Origin: Antedon mediterranea
Lineage: Eukaryota; Animalia; Echinodermata
DNA length: 64,000 nt
Assembly: GCF_964355755.1 (NCBI RefSeq)
Contig: NC_092672.1
Coordinates: 25,922,437-25,986,436, forward strand
Reading direction: 5' to 3'
Numbering within the stretch: position 1 is the first letter of the stretch; each line of letters starts with the position of its first letter. Below, piece after piece: positions 53,388-64,000 of the stretch. The notes under the pieces are model-generated. The model did no database searches. It saw nothing but the letters and a program-made list of their open reading frames with translations, and was not told where the DNA came from. The position numbers and the translations under genes are program-made.

Positions 53388-56300
53388 ATGGTAAAACTAA
53401 TTGTATATTTGACGCAGGCTTTTGTTTACATTACAGTAGTCTCTAGCAGACGATTGTCAAAGTCTGAAGAGGTAAGAAACGTTTTGTACAATTTCTTAAA
53501 CAATAGTATTAGAAACATCATAAAACAAGGCCAACAGCCATAAGTCGCGTACTAAAACGCATAGTGATACCGGACCGACAGACAGACCGACAGACCGACC
53601 GACCGACATAGTGGAACCGTCCACGCGACTAAAAAGGAAGCAATGCTGTAGTTCTATCATTATTTACTTGTTCAAAGTAAAAATACAAGAAATAAAATAT
53701 GCAAGTATGGAATAAGCAAGAACAACAATTTACGACATTTAAGCATTGAATCTAAATTGTGCAGTTTCATTCATTGCCAATCATTATGTTGTTAACAGGT
53801 TGTTAACTGTTTTTACGTAATGATTTTTTTATTATTGTTGGATTGAAATAAGAAGTATAAGCATTGTTCTCATTCTGAATTAAGTTATTTGACCAATCTA
53901 AGTTGTGACTGGTTTTCTGTTTTGGCCGAATTGGGAACAGTTCATACAGTAGAGCGGATTTTTAATGGGCTTATCCTATTTAAAAGAAAGACACTAACTT
54001 GTCTGATCGACAAAGTTTGACCATGGCATTCTATTTTTTGGTATAATGATAATCTTAGGCATATTTGGAACGATTTGGCTATCTAAGCCCAATAACAGAC
54101 GGGAAAGAACGTTCGGACGGTGACTTGCGTGAAGGCATTCTGTTGTTTCAAACTACATTAGATCTAGGACGAACTGGTACTATGACAGAGGAAACATCTG
54201 CTATGATGGTAAAACGAAGATGTGGCTTAAAGGACATAGAAGAACCGAAGTCGTACATGCAGTTAAAATATTCATGGAGTGAGAAAAGGTGGTTAAGCAC
54301 ATCCTTAACCTACAGGTATGTCCATCATTTTAGATTGTTTTTTTTTAAATTAAAGCTTTTATTCTTATCCATCGTACGGACACTCATTAAAGCTTGGTTT
54401 CACTCAGACAAACGATGTAGACCAATCACGACGCGACAGTTCGGATGATCCATCGTGTCACAATTGGTAACATTATTTGCGTGGCGCTTACGGATTTGCG
54501 TTGTGTGCTTATGATAAAGCGAGCTTAACTTTTTTTTCTTACTTAGTTAATTACATGTTAAAATAAATCACGGTGGCCCTGTTTGTATTGATTTCGTTCA
54601 AATTTAAATTTAAATAAATCGACTACATTTTAAACATTAAACGTATTGAAATATATCAATTCATTTTATTATTAGAATAAATATTTTAGGCTATATATAC
54701 ATTAAATTCAAATTCGTACAAGTAAACATGATAAATGGAATATATGCTATAAATCGTATGCGCAGTTTGATCGCTCAATTGACGTGTATGTGTTGAGGAT
54801 TTATTAAAGATGCATTGTCCCCCAAAATCATGAAAAATAAAGATTTATAAAATCAGACTTTGAATGTGTAAGCACAAAATCAATTTAATTAGGTAATCCG
54901 CACCAAAAAAAAAAATCCCCTTGTATAAAGTTTTATTTTTAAACTGTTATATTTAACCCAAACCAATTTCTCTGGTTTTTTTTTGCTTTAAATTACAATT
55001 TTTCTGGTAAATACTTAACTATGTGACATAAAAATGGCATATTCTTCAACAACAAAAATTTTTTTTTTAAATTCAAGGGAACAATATATCTTTCTATATA
55101 TATCTATCTATATATGTCTATCTATATATATTGCTGAAAATCAGAATCTGACTCAAGAAAGTTACTGAAAAAAACGTTATTTAAAAATTTGAATTATTAT
55201 ATCGTTGTTGAAATGTGTTTTATCGTGTATGTCTTTGTCGTATGTAGGGCAATAATTTAGTTTTAATAATAATATATGATTTTAGAATAGTCAGCTTAAC
55301 GGCGCATGCGCAGCTATGAAGACGCTTATTTATTTTCCAGGATTGTGGGATGTAGCTTACATGAGGTGGCAGCAAGTCATATTCTTTCTCATTTTTATCA
55401 ACTATTAATATATATTAATACTTTTTTTATTAATGTATTGAACCTCATATTTTCAATTCTAGATCAGTACTCGTCAGTGTCATATTTCATTTTCCTTTCA
55501 AACGAACAAAATTGTTGTAAATTGTAGGCCTAGTATGTATTCGTAATTTGTCTTCATATTTTAACATTTCCGATTTTTAAAGTTTCTTGAATTATTCATC
55601 CGACCTGACTGAGAATCAAACGAGGGAAACTGTTGAGAGTGCTCTTAAACTCTGGAGTGATGTCACACCTTTAGTATTTACAGAAGTTTCAGAAAATGGT
55701 GATATTGAAATTCTGTTTCAAGCTGGGGAGCATGGAGATGATTTTCCATTTGATGGCCCTTCTGGTGTACTTGCGCATGCGTTTTACCCCGGACCTGGTT
55801 TAGGTGGAGATGCACACTTTGATGAAGACGAGGATTTTACACTTAATGGAGCACCAGGTAGGATTTGTAAATTCGTGTGTACTTTATCAAGTGTAGGCTT
55901 AATTTAATGGTTTCTTAACAAACGATAATTGGAGTTAATTACTTTTGTCGTAGGAATTGATTTGTTTTATGTAGCTGTACACGAGTTTGGACACAGCTTG
56001 GGCCTTAACCATTCCACAGACGCAACGGCAGTAATGTATCCATATTACCCAGTGTACAGCCCTAACTTGCAACTATCACAAGATGACATTGATGGCATAC
56101 AATATGTTTACGGTAGGTGGTTTGGAGGATGAGATAAACTCGTCAATATATTATTTATCATCATCATAATTATAAACTCATATAATTTACGTATATAATT
56201 GAATACAAGCTGAAAGGACGTACACATTTGCCAATTTTGTTGTAGGCCCTAAAGTCTGTTTTCCAGTAGGCGAATCATTTTATTCGTGCGAATCGACAAG

Positions 56301-56937
56301 GCCAGCTTATCGTATGCATATTCATATTTGATTCTTTTATTTTGCTTTTCGCTACAGCGAAATTAGTAGTATTCTTAGATTATTTTCCTACCTTTCCAAA
56401 GCGAAAATTGCGCAAAACAATCAAAACGTAGGAAAAACTAAGCAGATGCAATTGAAATTGTATTTACTTTAATAGTCGTGATTTTTTTTTTCTCTCGACT
56501 ACCTTATAGGTTATTTTTTCTATTTGATCCAACTGATCATTTTTTGACGCAAACATTTCTTACATTTCCAAATCTCGAAAGCTAAAAACCACGACCATTA
56601 CCATTGGTAAACCATTACTTTCAAAACCGCGTATTATAAATCATTGACGTAAGTGTAACTAACAATTGTATAACGAAGTAAATCAACATCACAAAACAGT
56701 GTCTGTAAGTTCTGATGTTAGTTCCATTCCATGTGATATTTTAGAATCATTAGCCTATTTCATTAAGAATACAACTAATGGCCCATAATCATTAACGTTT
56801 TTATAGGATCAAATCCGGATGCTGTTGCAGATTCCACGACACCAACAGTTCCAGATTCTACAACAATAATTTCTACCGATTCAAACGAAAACGAAAAAGA
56901 ATGTCTCTGTCGTCGGAAGAAAATAATAATAGATTAG
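53388..56937 (+). CDS. MMP-C: hemopexin-less MMP, close paralog of MMP-B, about 301 aa, 5 exons (3' end uncertain)
   Basis: Exons 53388-53471, 54059-54315, 55583-55857, 55954-56112, 56807-56937; [20 protein letters not shown]; RRCGLKD; [11 protein letters not shown]; AVMYP; tail [43 protein letters not shown]. Confidence 0.85.
53554..53635 (+). mobile_element. Helentron/DINE-like fragment ((GACC/GACA)n plus CGCGACTAAAAA end)
   Basis: Reverse-complement match to 63303-63421. Confidence 0.65.
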
Positions 56938-56955
56938 TCTACAGTTACGTAACTA

Positions 56956-57093
56956 CGGTGGCTGATTTCCGCCAAAGAAAACAATATTTTATAATAATAC
57001 GGCGTTATAACGCCGTATTAGGGCGTTATAACGCCTTATTAGGGCGTTATAGTGCCCTACGGCGTTTTTCATTGGCGGAAATCAGTCCCCGTT
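56956..57093. mobile_element. Small hairpin/MITE with internal 21-bp repeats
   Basis: GGCTGATTTCCGCCAA..GAAAA / TTTTCATTGGCGGAAATCAGTCC; GGCGTTATAACGCC repeated. Confidence 0.6.
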
Positions 57094-57735
57094 ATAGCTA
57101 ACGTTTTAACTGACTTTTATCTTAATGGCATTAGTACGTAAATCTATAACAAGCTTAAACTATGTTACAATAGTCATACCTAGAATAGTGACGTCATATC
57201 ATCCACATCTATATTATTCAAGTCATTATTAGTCAAGTTAAATTATATAACTATGATTTATAGAATTTAATTTTGTATTACAATATTTTTGGTGATAGGC
57301 TAGCTCTTTATTATGAGTGTATTGTATAGGAATTGCAAATGAAAGAAGTACCATAGGTGTTCGACACCTTCATTGTATTCTTTTCATATTTCTTTCCATT
57401 TACATGTTTCTATTCTTGCAAAGGTACCGTAGGGACCGACGGGGTAACGTCTCAGATGAATGGCAAGGAAGCAGAGTAGCATGTTTTTTTAATATTTATT
57501 TTACACAGAATAGCCTATATTGCAATATTTAAAAATAATTATAATAAAAATGATAATTTAAACAAATATATGTTTTAAATAATATTTACGCTGGATGTAT
57601 CAATAATACAATTACGTTATGAAAACAAAATCCGTTTGAAATAATTTTTACAAAACAAATAGATGCACTAATTATGTTTAAATAACAAAAACTGACGACA
57701 AATTCATGATTCGATGTTTATCTGAACATGATCAG

Positions 57736-57925
57736 GAATGATGATCATACTGATGATGTTCATACTGATGATGATCATACTGATGATGTTCATACTGATG
57801 ATGTTCATACTGATGATGATCAAATAGGATCGAAACGTCGAATCATGGCTTCCCTCTCGTTATTTTTAGTCAGTTTTATACTTATGGTAATGTTTACAAA
57901 TACTATTACCACGATCATAAAATAG
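57736..57925 (+). CDS. Possible alternative terminal exon: (HTDD[V/D])n His/Asp repeat plus hydrophobic anchor
   Basis: atcag|G AAT GAT GAT CAT ACT..; NDDHTDDVHTDDDHTDDVHTDDVHTDDDQIGSKRRIMASLSLFLVSFILMVMFTNTITTIIK*. No strong phase-2 donor found upstream. Confidence 0.35.
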
Positions 57926-57964
57926 AGCATAGCAAAATTGTTATAAGTTCATGGTACAGTATAA

Positions 57965-58730
57965 TAATCAGTATAGAAAGCGGTTCAATCGGTATAAAGG
58001 GCGGTTTAATCCGTAATGACGGTCAAATCAGTATAAAGTGCGGTCCAAACAGTATAAAGGGTGGTCCAATCAGTATAAATAAAAGGGCGGTCCAATCAGT
58101 ATAAAGAGCGATCCAGTCTGTATAAAGGGCGGCCTAATCAGTATAAAGGGCAATCCAATCTGTATAAAGGGCGGTCCAATAAGGAAGTATAAAGAGTGGT
58201 TCAAACTGTATAAAGGGCGATCCAATCTGTATAAAGGGCGATCCAATCAGAATAAAGGGCGGTCCAATCAGTGTAAAGGGTGGTCCAATCAGTATAAAGG
58301 GTGATTCAATCTTTGTAAAGGGTGGTTCAAACTGTATTAAGAGCGATCAAATCTGTATATAGGGCGGTCCAATCACTATAAAGGGCGGTCCAATCAGTAT
58401 AAATGATGGTTCAAACTGTATTCAAGGCGATCCAATCAGTATAAAAGGCGATCCAATCTGTATAAAGGGTGGTTCAAACTGTATTAAGAGCGATCAAATC
58501 TGTATATAGGGCGGTCCAATCAGTATAAAGGGCGGTCCAATCAGTATAAAGGGGGGTTCAAACTGTATTAAGGTTGATCTAATCTGTATATAGGGCGGTC
58601 CAATCAGTATAAAGGGCGGTCCAATCAGTATAAAGGGTGGTTCAAACTATATTAAGTAAGATCCAATCTGTATAAAGGGCGATTCAATCAGTATAAAGGG
58701 CGGTGCAATAAATATAAGAGACGGTTCAAT
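57965..58730. repeat. 21-bp minisatellite (AATCAGTATAAAGGGCGGTCC)n
   Basis: Roughly 35 head-to-tail degenerate copies. Confidence 0.93.
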
Positions 58731-60298
58731 CAGCAAACAACTGTCTTGTTGTCGCTTCGATTCATTTTGTGATAGCGACGCAGTATTTTTGTTGTTATTA
58801 TAAAGCGTGATGGAATGTTTGGTATTAAGAAATTGTGCTTTGTCGGCTTTAATCGGTCTATATTTAGAGTTATATTTATTTATATTTGTATAGGCCATAG
58901 GGCCTATTGTATCAATAAGTTGTTTGTGTTTTAAAAATGTTAACTTATTCAGGCTTATAAATAAACATAAGTTAGTTAATCTGTTTTGCTTAAAAAATAA
59001 AACAAAAGTTTCAGTTTGACCTTAATGTATAAACGACTGGAAAATACCAAAGAATCGTATGCTTAATTATAAATGAGTAAATAAGCTTACTGTACATTTA
59101 ATAGCCGGATTTCTTTCGAACTATTAATCCGATATTCTCCAATACTGCTTATGTTCTTTATCTGTACCTGCTTTTTTTAAACAATTTAGCGTATAATGTA
59201 CTAATCCATGACCTAAAAGATAGAAATAGAAAAGTTTACTGCATTTATCATGGAAAGTGATAATTTTATAAACATAAGAGGGGTTTTCCGGATTTGTAGA
59301 CGACCTTATTATATGAACGATCGAACTATTATCAATCAATATTAGTTTGGATCCGTACATTTATTGGATTTAGGCATATATTGTGGTTTTGTGGGTGTTT
59401 TCGATAGGTATCCCATAGCCTGATACAATAAAACAAAGGAACTTGTTTTAAAATTGTTATCTAATATCTTATCTTATATATATATATATATAAATATATT
59501 TATTACAGTATTTTAACATGTTCTGTTTACAGAGAAGAGCCTGTCGTGAATAGTCGGCAGTCGTGAATATTGCGCGAATGAAACCCACACCTCTCCATGT
59601 AGCCCTTTATCGCCGTTGCGCATTACATAGTATTTTAATATTCGTTAGAAGATGGAAAAAGCGGTGAATTATTGAAGTGTCTTTTTATTATACCTCATCA
59701 TTATAAACATTACATTAATTATGATAGCATACCAGTTATACAAGATAATATAATATTTGACTGATCATTTCTCCCTATAGAGTATTTAGATTTTCCCATT
59801 TTGCACTCCAATCAAAATCGGACGGACGCTATTTATAACTTTCTGAAAAAACAATTCAAGAATTTCATCAAATACATATGTGAAATGTAATGTTCGTCAC
59901 TATAATGTAAAAACATCCTTTAATTTCTTCTTATTTCCTAATTAGCCTATATTCATTGTTCTATTGTGATATTTTTTTAACAAGCGTTATAAGAAGGCTT
60001 TAATGTTGTATTTAAAAATAGAAATACATTTAAAAATATCGACATTTTAAACTTCCAGAAAAAAAGTAGGTCCGTTTTATATATATCGATGATTCAATAG
60101 CATAATTAAGATTTAGCAAACTCATCCGATCCGATGTCACTCGACTAATCCAGTGATTGTATTCACAGCTGATGACGTAATAATAGTCATAGGACCTTCA
60201 CTTAACGCTAGTTGGTATAGTTTCTGTTGGTAAAGTAACAACAAATCATTGGCTACTATATTTCCTATCAGAAGACCAACCTTAGACCAGGTTGATAT

Positions 60299-60323
60299 AA
60301 CTTCCGTTTACACAGGTATAAAT
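60299..60323 (+). promoter_or_regulatory. Putative promoter: ETS-like AACTTCCG plus TATA (CAGGTATAAAT)
   Basis: About 95 bp upstream of ATG 60418; mirrors 5671-5700; TGACGTAA CRE-like site at about 60173. Confidence 0.45.
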
Positions 60324-60417
60324 TGTTGCTTTATGCCTATTAAAGGAACCCGTGCATTTCTACATAATGTGTAGTCTGTAATTAGTACTCTAAGGTGTGT
60401 AAGCTAGAGGAAATACA

Positions 60418-60489
60418 ATGCAGAGAATTATAATTTTACTAGCGTTCCTGGTATATGCTTCCAGTCAACGAATGAATGAAACACAAATA
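60418..60489 (+). CDS. Probable exon 1 (signal peptide) of a fourth MMP continuing beyond the window
   Basis: MQRIIILLAFLVYASSQRMNETQI|gtaagt, phase 0 like the first exons of MMP-A/B/C; end resembles [13 protein letters not shown]|gtaagt. Confidence 0.6.
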
Positions 60490-61092
60490 GTAAGTATGCC
60501 TACCCGTATATTATTTATACAGTATAGACAAACTATAAACATTTAAACAGATTGTCATGTCGCTTTTGCATAATAGAAAAAAGCTATTTCAGCATATGTA
60601 GGCCTATACATTTTACAATCTGTGTCTTATTTTCTTTACAATTGTGACGAGTAATCTCTTCATTAATTAGTATGTTAAGCTACACTCCAACCAACACAAG
60701 CTTTCTTTTAAAACGCTGGGTTAGTCATTAGAATACGTTTTTGTGAAGTGAAAGTGGGTTTAATTGGTATTGTTATGACTATGATGTAGCGTAAACATAA
60801 ATAGACTGAAGTTAAGACTAATGTAAATGTAAAAGCCATGGAGTTTCACACTTCACAGTCACTAGACGATGATTCGGGATAGTTGGGATAAATATGACTG
60901 TTGCTGTAGTGGTCACCAATATAAGCATGGATAACGGTATCATAACTAAAACAAGGAGTAACAAAAAAAGGAATGCGTTGTTCACCTGTTACAGGTGTTC
61001 GGTTCGGTGGCACCACACAATTGAGCAGAAGAAATACGGCTTGATGTGAACGTTAGATACGGATATCGAGAATGATAATTGTCGTTGTTCTT

Positions 61093-61251
61093 AAGCTCTG
61101 TCTACACTATTAAATATGTGACAAAAACATGTGATGTGCCCATAAATGGACATGATGATGTTGTATCACTACCATATTTAAGCATATCACTACCATATTT
61201 GGGCACATCACACTTTTTTGTCAAACTAGTTTGGTAGTGTAGAAAGAGCTT
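61093..61251. mobile_element. MITE, same family as 21896-22043
   Basis: AAGCTCTGTCTACACTA...TAGTGTAGAAAGAGCTT. Confidence 0.75.
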
Positions 61252-61270
61252 TATTTTGTATTTGCTTGCG

Positions 61271-61627
61271 CGTATTTTGAAGTTTCGTGCGTGTGAAATA
61301 ATAATAAGCTATGTTCAAACTTTCTACTGTGCCGTATTGAAATATTTCTATTTACATCAACAAAATTACGCAAACAATAATCTTTAAACACGATAACAGA
61401 AATAAATGTAAGAGCGTAAACTGTTTCTATAATTACAATGTGTATATTATAATGTTTAACGTATTTTGAAATGTACGTGCGTGTGAAATAATAAACCATG
61501 TTCAAACTTTCTGCCATATTGAAATACTTCTATTTACATCAACAAAATTACGCAAACAATAGGCCTAATCTTTCAACACGATAACAGAAATAAAGGTAAG
61601 AGCATAAACTGTTTCTATAATTACAAC
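61271..61627. repeat. Tandem duplication, about 190-bp period
   Basis: CGTATTTTGAA..GTGCGTGTGAAATAATAA..CTGTTTCTATAATTACAA starting at 61271 and 61460. Confidence 0.85.
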
Positions 61628-62460
61628 GTATGGTAGGATTATAGAGCTCCATAATGTGAACAAGGAGGAACTACAGTACTTAGCATAAATTTACATCATT
61701 GCCAGTCCATAAGCGAAGTCATTTACTTCCTTATTGCGGCGACGTGTAGGCCTAAGTATTCAGGATGTTAAAGCGAAGGACAAAATGAGGATATAGAAAC
61801 CAACAAATGTTGTCTTGTTATTTGTAGATTTGTGCTTGTATATTATGTTTTATATAACACCTAAATAAATTCCTGTCATTTGATTGGACGATTGTGAGTC
61901 ACATGTCGTGCAATATTGTATGTCTTTCAGCCCTGTTAATGGTGACATTGTAGGGAGATGATGAAATAAAAAATATTAAAGCCGAGACAAAATCCTCATA
62001 TATTAATATATAAATTTAATTAAAAGCAAAAGAAATCTGGCAGTAATCAAATTGAATACTGACCTAGCTGGACGTGTACAAACTAATGTTTTTATTTGGG
62101 GAATTAATCACTTATGCGAAAATATATACACTTAAGTTTTATTTATTTATCTTATTGATAGTTAACAATCTGTGAAATCTTGCTATAACCGAAAATAATT
62201 AGATACTTTTGTAACACTGGTTACTTTATGGCTCATTTAAATTCAACCTTTAAAGAATTCTTGAAATAATTTCAAGTGGATCTAAATAATGATTGAACTG
62301 TTATGTTCTTTAGTTCTTCTTCAAAAAGGAACGCTAATATCGTTTTCTTTTCATTTTAAAATAATTGAATATTTCTTATACTTCACTGGTGTTACTAGGA
62401 CTATGGTTTGGACAAACTGAAAATGTAGATTACATTTTTACCCGTATTTCTTTTAATATA

Positions 62461-62946
62461 AGGGAGGTTTCGCAACCTTACGAATACGATAACGAAAACA
62501 GATACGTCACACATTTGTGAAACTTTTGAGCTGATCCCCATTTCATATTCGTAAAGCGTTTTCGTGTTTCGTAACTACAAAACGAGTATAGTTTTTAATC
62601 TATTTTACACATTTTGCATTTGAATCAGGAATGATTCATGATTATAATATAATTATAGATTTATTGAAAGTAATTTACTAAAGTAATTTACTAAAATGCC
62701 TCGTCAATTTTGATAAATAGCAGTTTATAAAGTCTTCACTCGCTTTGATGTTACGCTAGGCTTTGGTAGCCAAGCACCAAGCAACACGTACCTGCGCTTC
62801 GCTCAAATTTACCGCAGTCATATTTTGGACGCGCCTCAATATTTCGTTGCCATGCGAAACAGATTTTGTTATGGCTTACGAAAACGAATACGTGTGCGTG
62901 ACGTATCCGTTGTCGTTATCGTATTCGTAAGATTGCGAAACCTCCA
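62461..62946. mobile_element. MITE, inverted copy of 33744-34237
   Basis: Same TIRs and internal sequence in reverse orientation. Confidence 0.88.
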
Positions 62947-63050
62947 TATAGTCTATTATTGATCTAAAAGTTACATAACATTATTACATTTTCAGGACTC
63001 CATTTTTTTTCGTTTTTGTGAGCTTGATTAATTAATGGGAACAACTAAAT

Positions 63051-63257
63051 AAAGCCTGTTTTCCTGTCGACGTTATTCGACGCTATCGTTAACAATAATC
63101 GGCGATCTTCTACGTAAAAATTAAAATGTTAACGATTTACAGGAAAGGGTACTCGCTATCGTTATCATTTCAACTTGATCGTTTTCAAACGATCGTAGTT
63201 GAACTGTTAACTATCAACGACGATAGCGTCTATTAACGTCAACAGGAAAACGGGTTT
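63051..63257. mobile_element. MITE with about 35-bp TIRs
   Basis: AAAGCCTGTTTTCCTGTCGACGTTATTCGACGCTATCGT / ACGATAGCGTCTATTAACGTCAACAGGAAAACGGGTTT. Confidence 0.75.
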
Positions 63258-63302
63258 AAGACGTGGAATTTTTGAAAAAAAAAACAGTATTCGCCTGATC
63301 AG

Positions 63303-64000
63303 TTTTTAGTCGCGTGGAAGCGACTCTATAGTTCACTATGTCGGTCGGTCGGTCGGTCTGTCGGTCTGTCGGTCTGTTGGTCTGTCGGTCTGTCTGTCGG
63401 TCCGGTATCACTATGCGTTTTATCGCTTTCTGACCTTATCTTGATATCAGTTTAATCTAGCTAAGTCAATTTTTCACAGTATATTCCTTATGGCCAGGAA
63501 TCGATGTGGTTATGTTTTCACGGTGCGCAATACAAAATTACGCGGTCTACGCACGATTTAACGAAATCACGTTTGTAATCATATCTTCACAACCATGAAT
63601 CACAATTAAATAAAATTTGGTACTCATAAATTTCAGGGCATAAATCATCATATGGCAATACAATTACGTGCGTAGCGCATGTAACGCATGCGTACGCGCG
63701 CTTAAAATTTTCAAAATTTGAAATAAGAGTAGGCCTACGTTTCAGGTAATTTTAAGCGTTTACAAAATTGCCATGAGTGCGCAGATTTTTGCACGCGCAC
63801 TGCACGTTAAATGTTATTGCGCACTCTTTTTGCCCGATTTCTGTTTTCTTGACTTACTTTTCAACTCGAAATTACGTTATACGAGCACATCAAAAGTGAC
63901 AGGCTACGTACGTGTAAATTAAGAAAATATAACTGTTTTTAAACATTTCAACATTTTTAAACATGTTCAGTAATTTCGGTCAGTTGGTAGGTTGGTTGGT
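63303..64000 (-). mobile_element. Helentron/DINE-1-like element (partial)
   Basis: TTTTTAGTCGCGTGGAAGCGACTCTATAG followed by (GTCG/GTCT)n; related fragments at 16312 and 53554. Confidence 0.6.

Noticed and set aside
57965-58730. 21-bp array as a CRISPR-like locus
   Set aside because: Head-to-tail degenerate units with no unique spacers, eukaryotic context and no cas genes; a minisatellite.

Overview
AT-rich, intron-rich metazoan DNA (invertebrate deuterostome, most likely echinoderm; an inference from gene content and repeat types). The + strand carries a tandem cluster of matrix metalloproteinase (MMP, peptidase M10A) genes, which I spliced by hand with every exon phase checked. MMP-A (5768-14963, 8 exons, about 510 aa) has a furin site, hemopexin repeats and a GPI-type tail. 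MMP-B (17356-21869) has signal peptide, propeptide and catalytic domain but no hemopexin exons. Its last exon splices in phase into a 6.8-kb Thr/Glu mucin exon and on through LDLa, 2x Sushi, EGF, NIDO, AMOP, VWD(GDPH), Ig/cadherin-like, EGF array, second PTS, SEA(GSIIA), EGF, TM and a Tyr-rich tail. This predicts one 37-exon, about 4,536-aa MMP-transmembrane-mucin chimera (17356-51598), the main candidate novelty. MMP-C (53388-56937) is a close hemopexin-less paralog of MMP-B with a short Thr-rich tail. A probable first exon of a fourth MMP lies at 60418-60489. Introns and intergenic DNA hold MITEs, Helentron/DINE-like and Crypton-like elements, tRNA-derived SINE heads, a decayed CR1/L2 LINE and minisatellites. 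All gene models lack transcript support.
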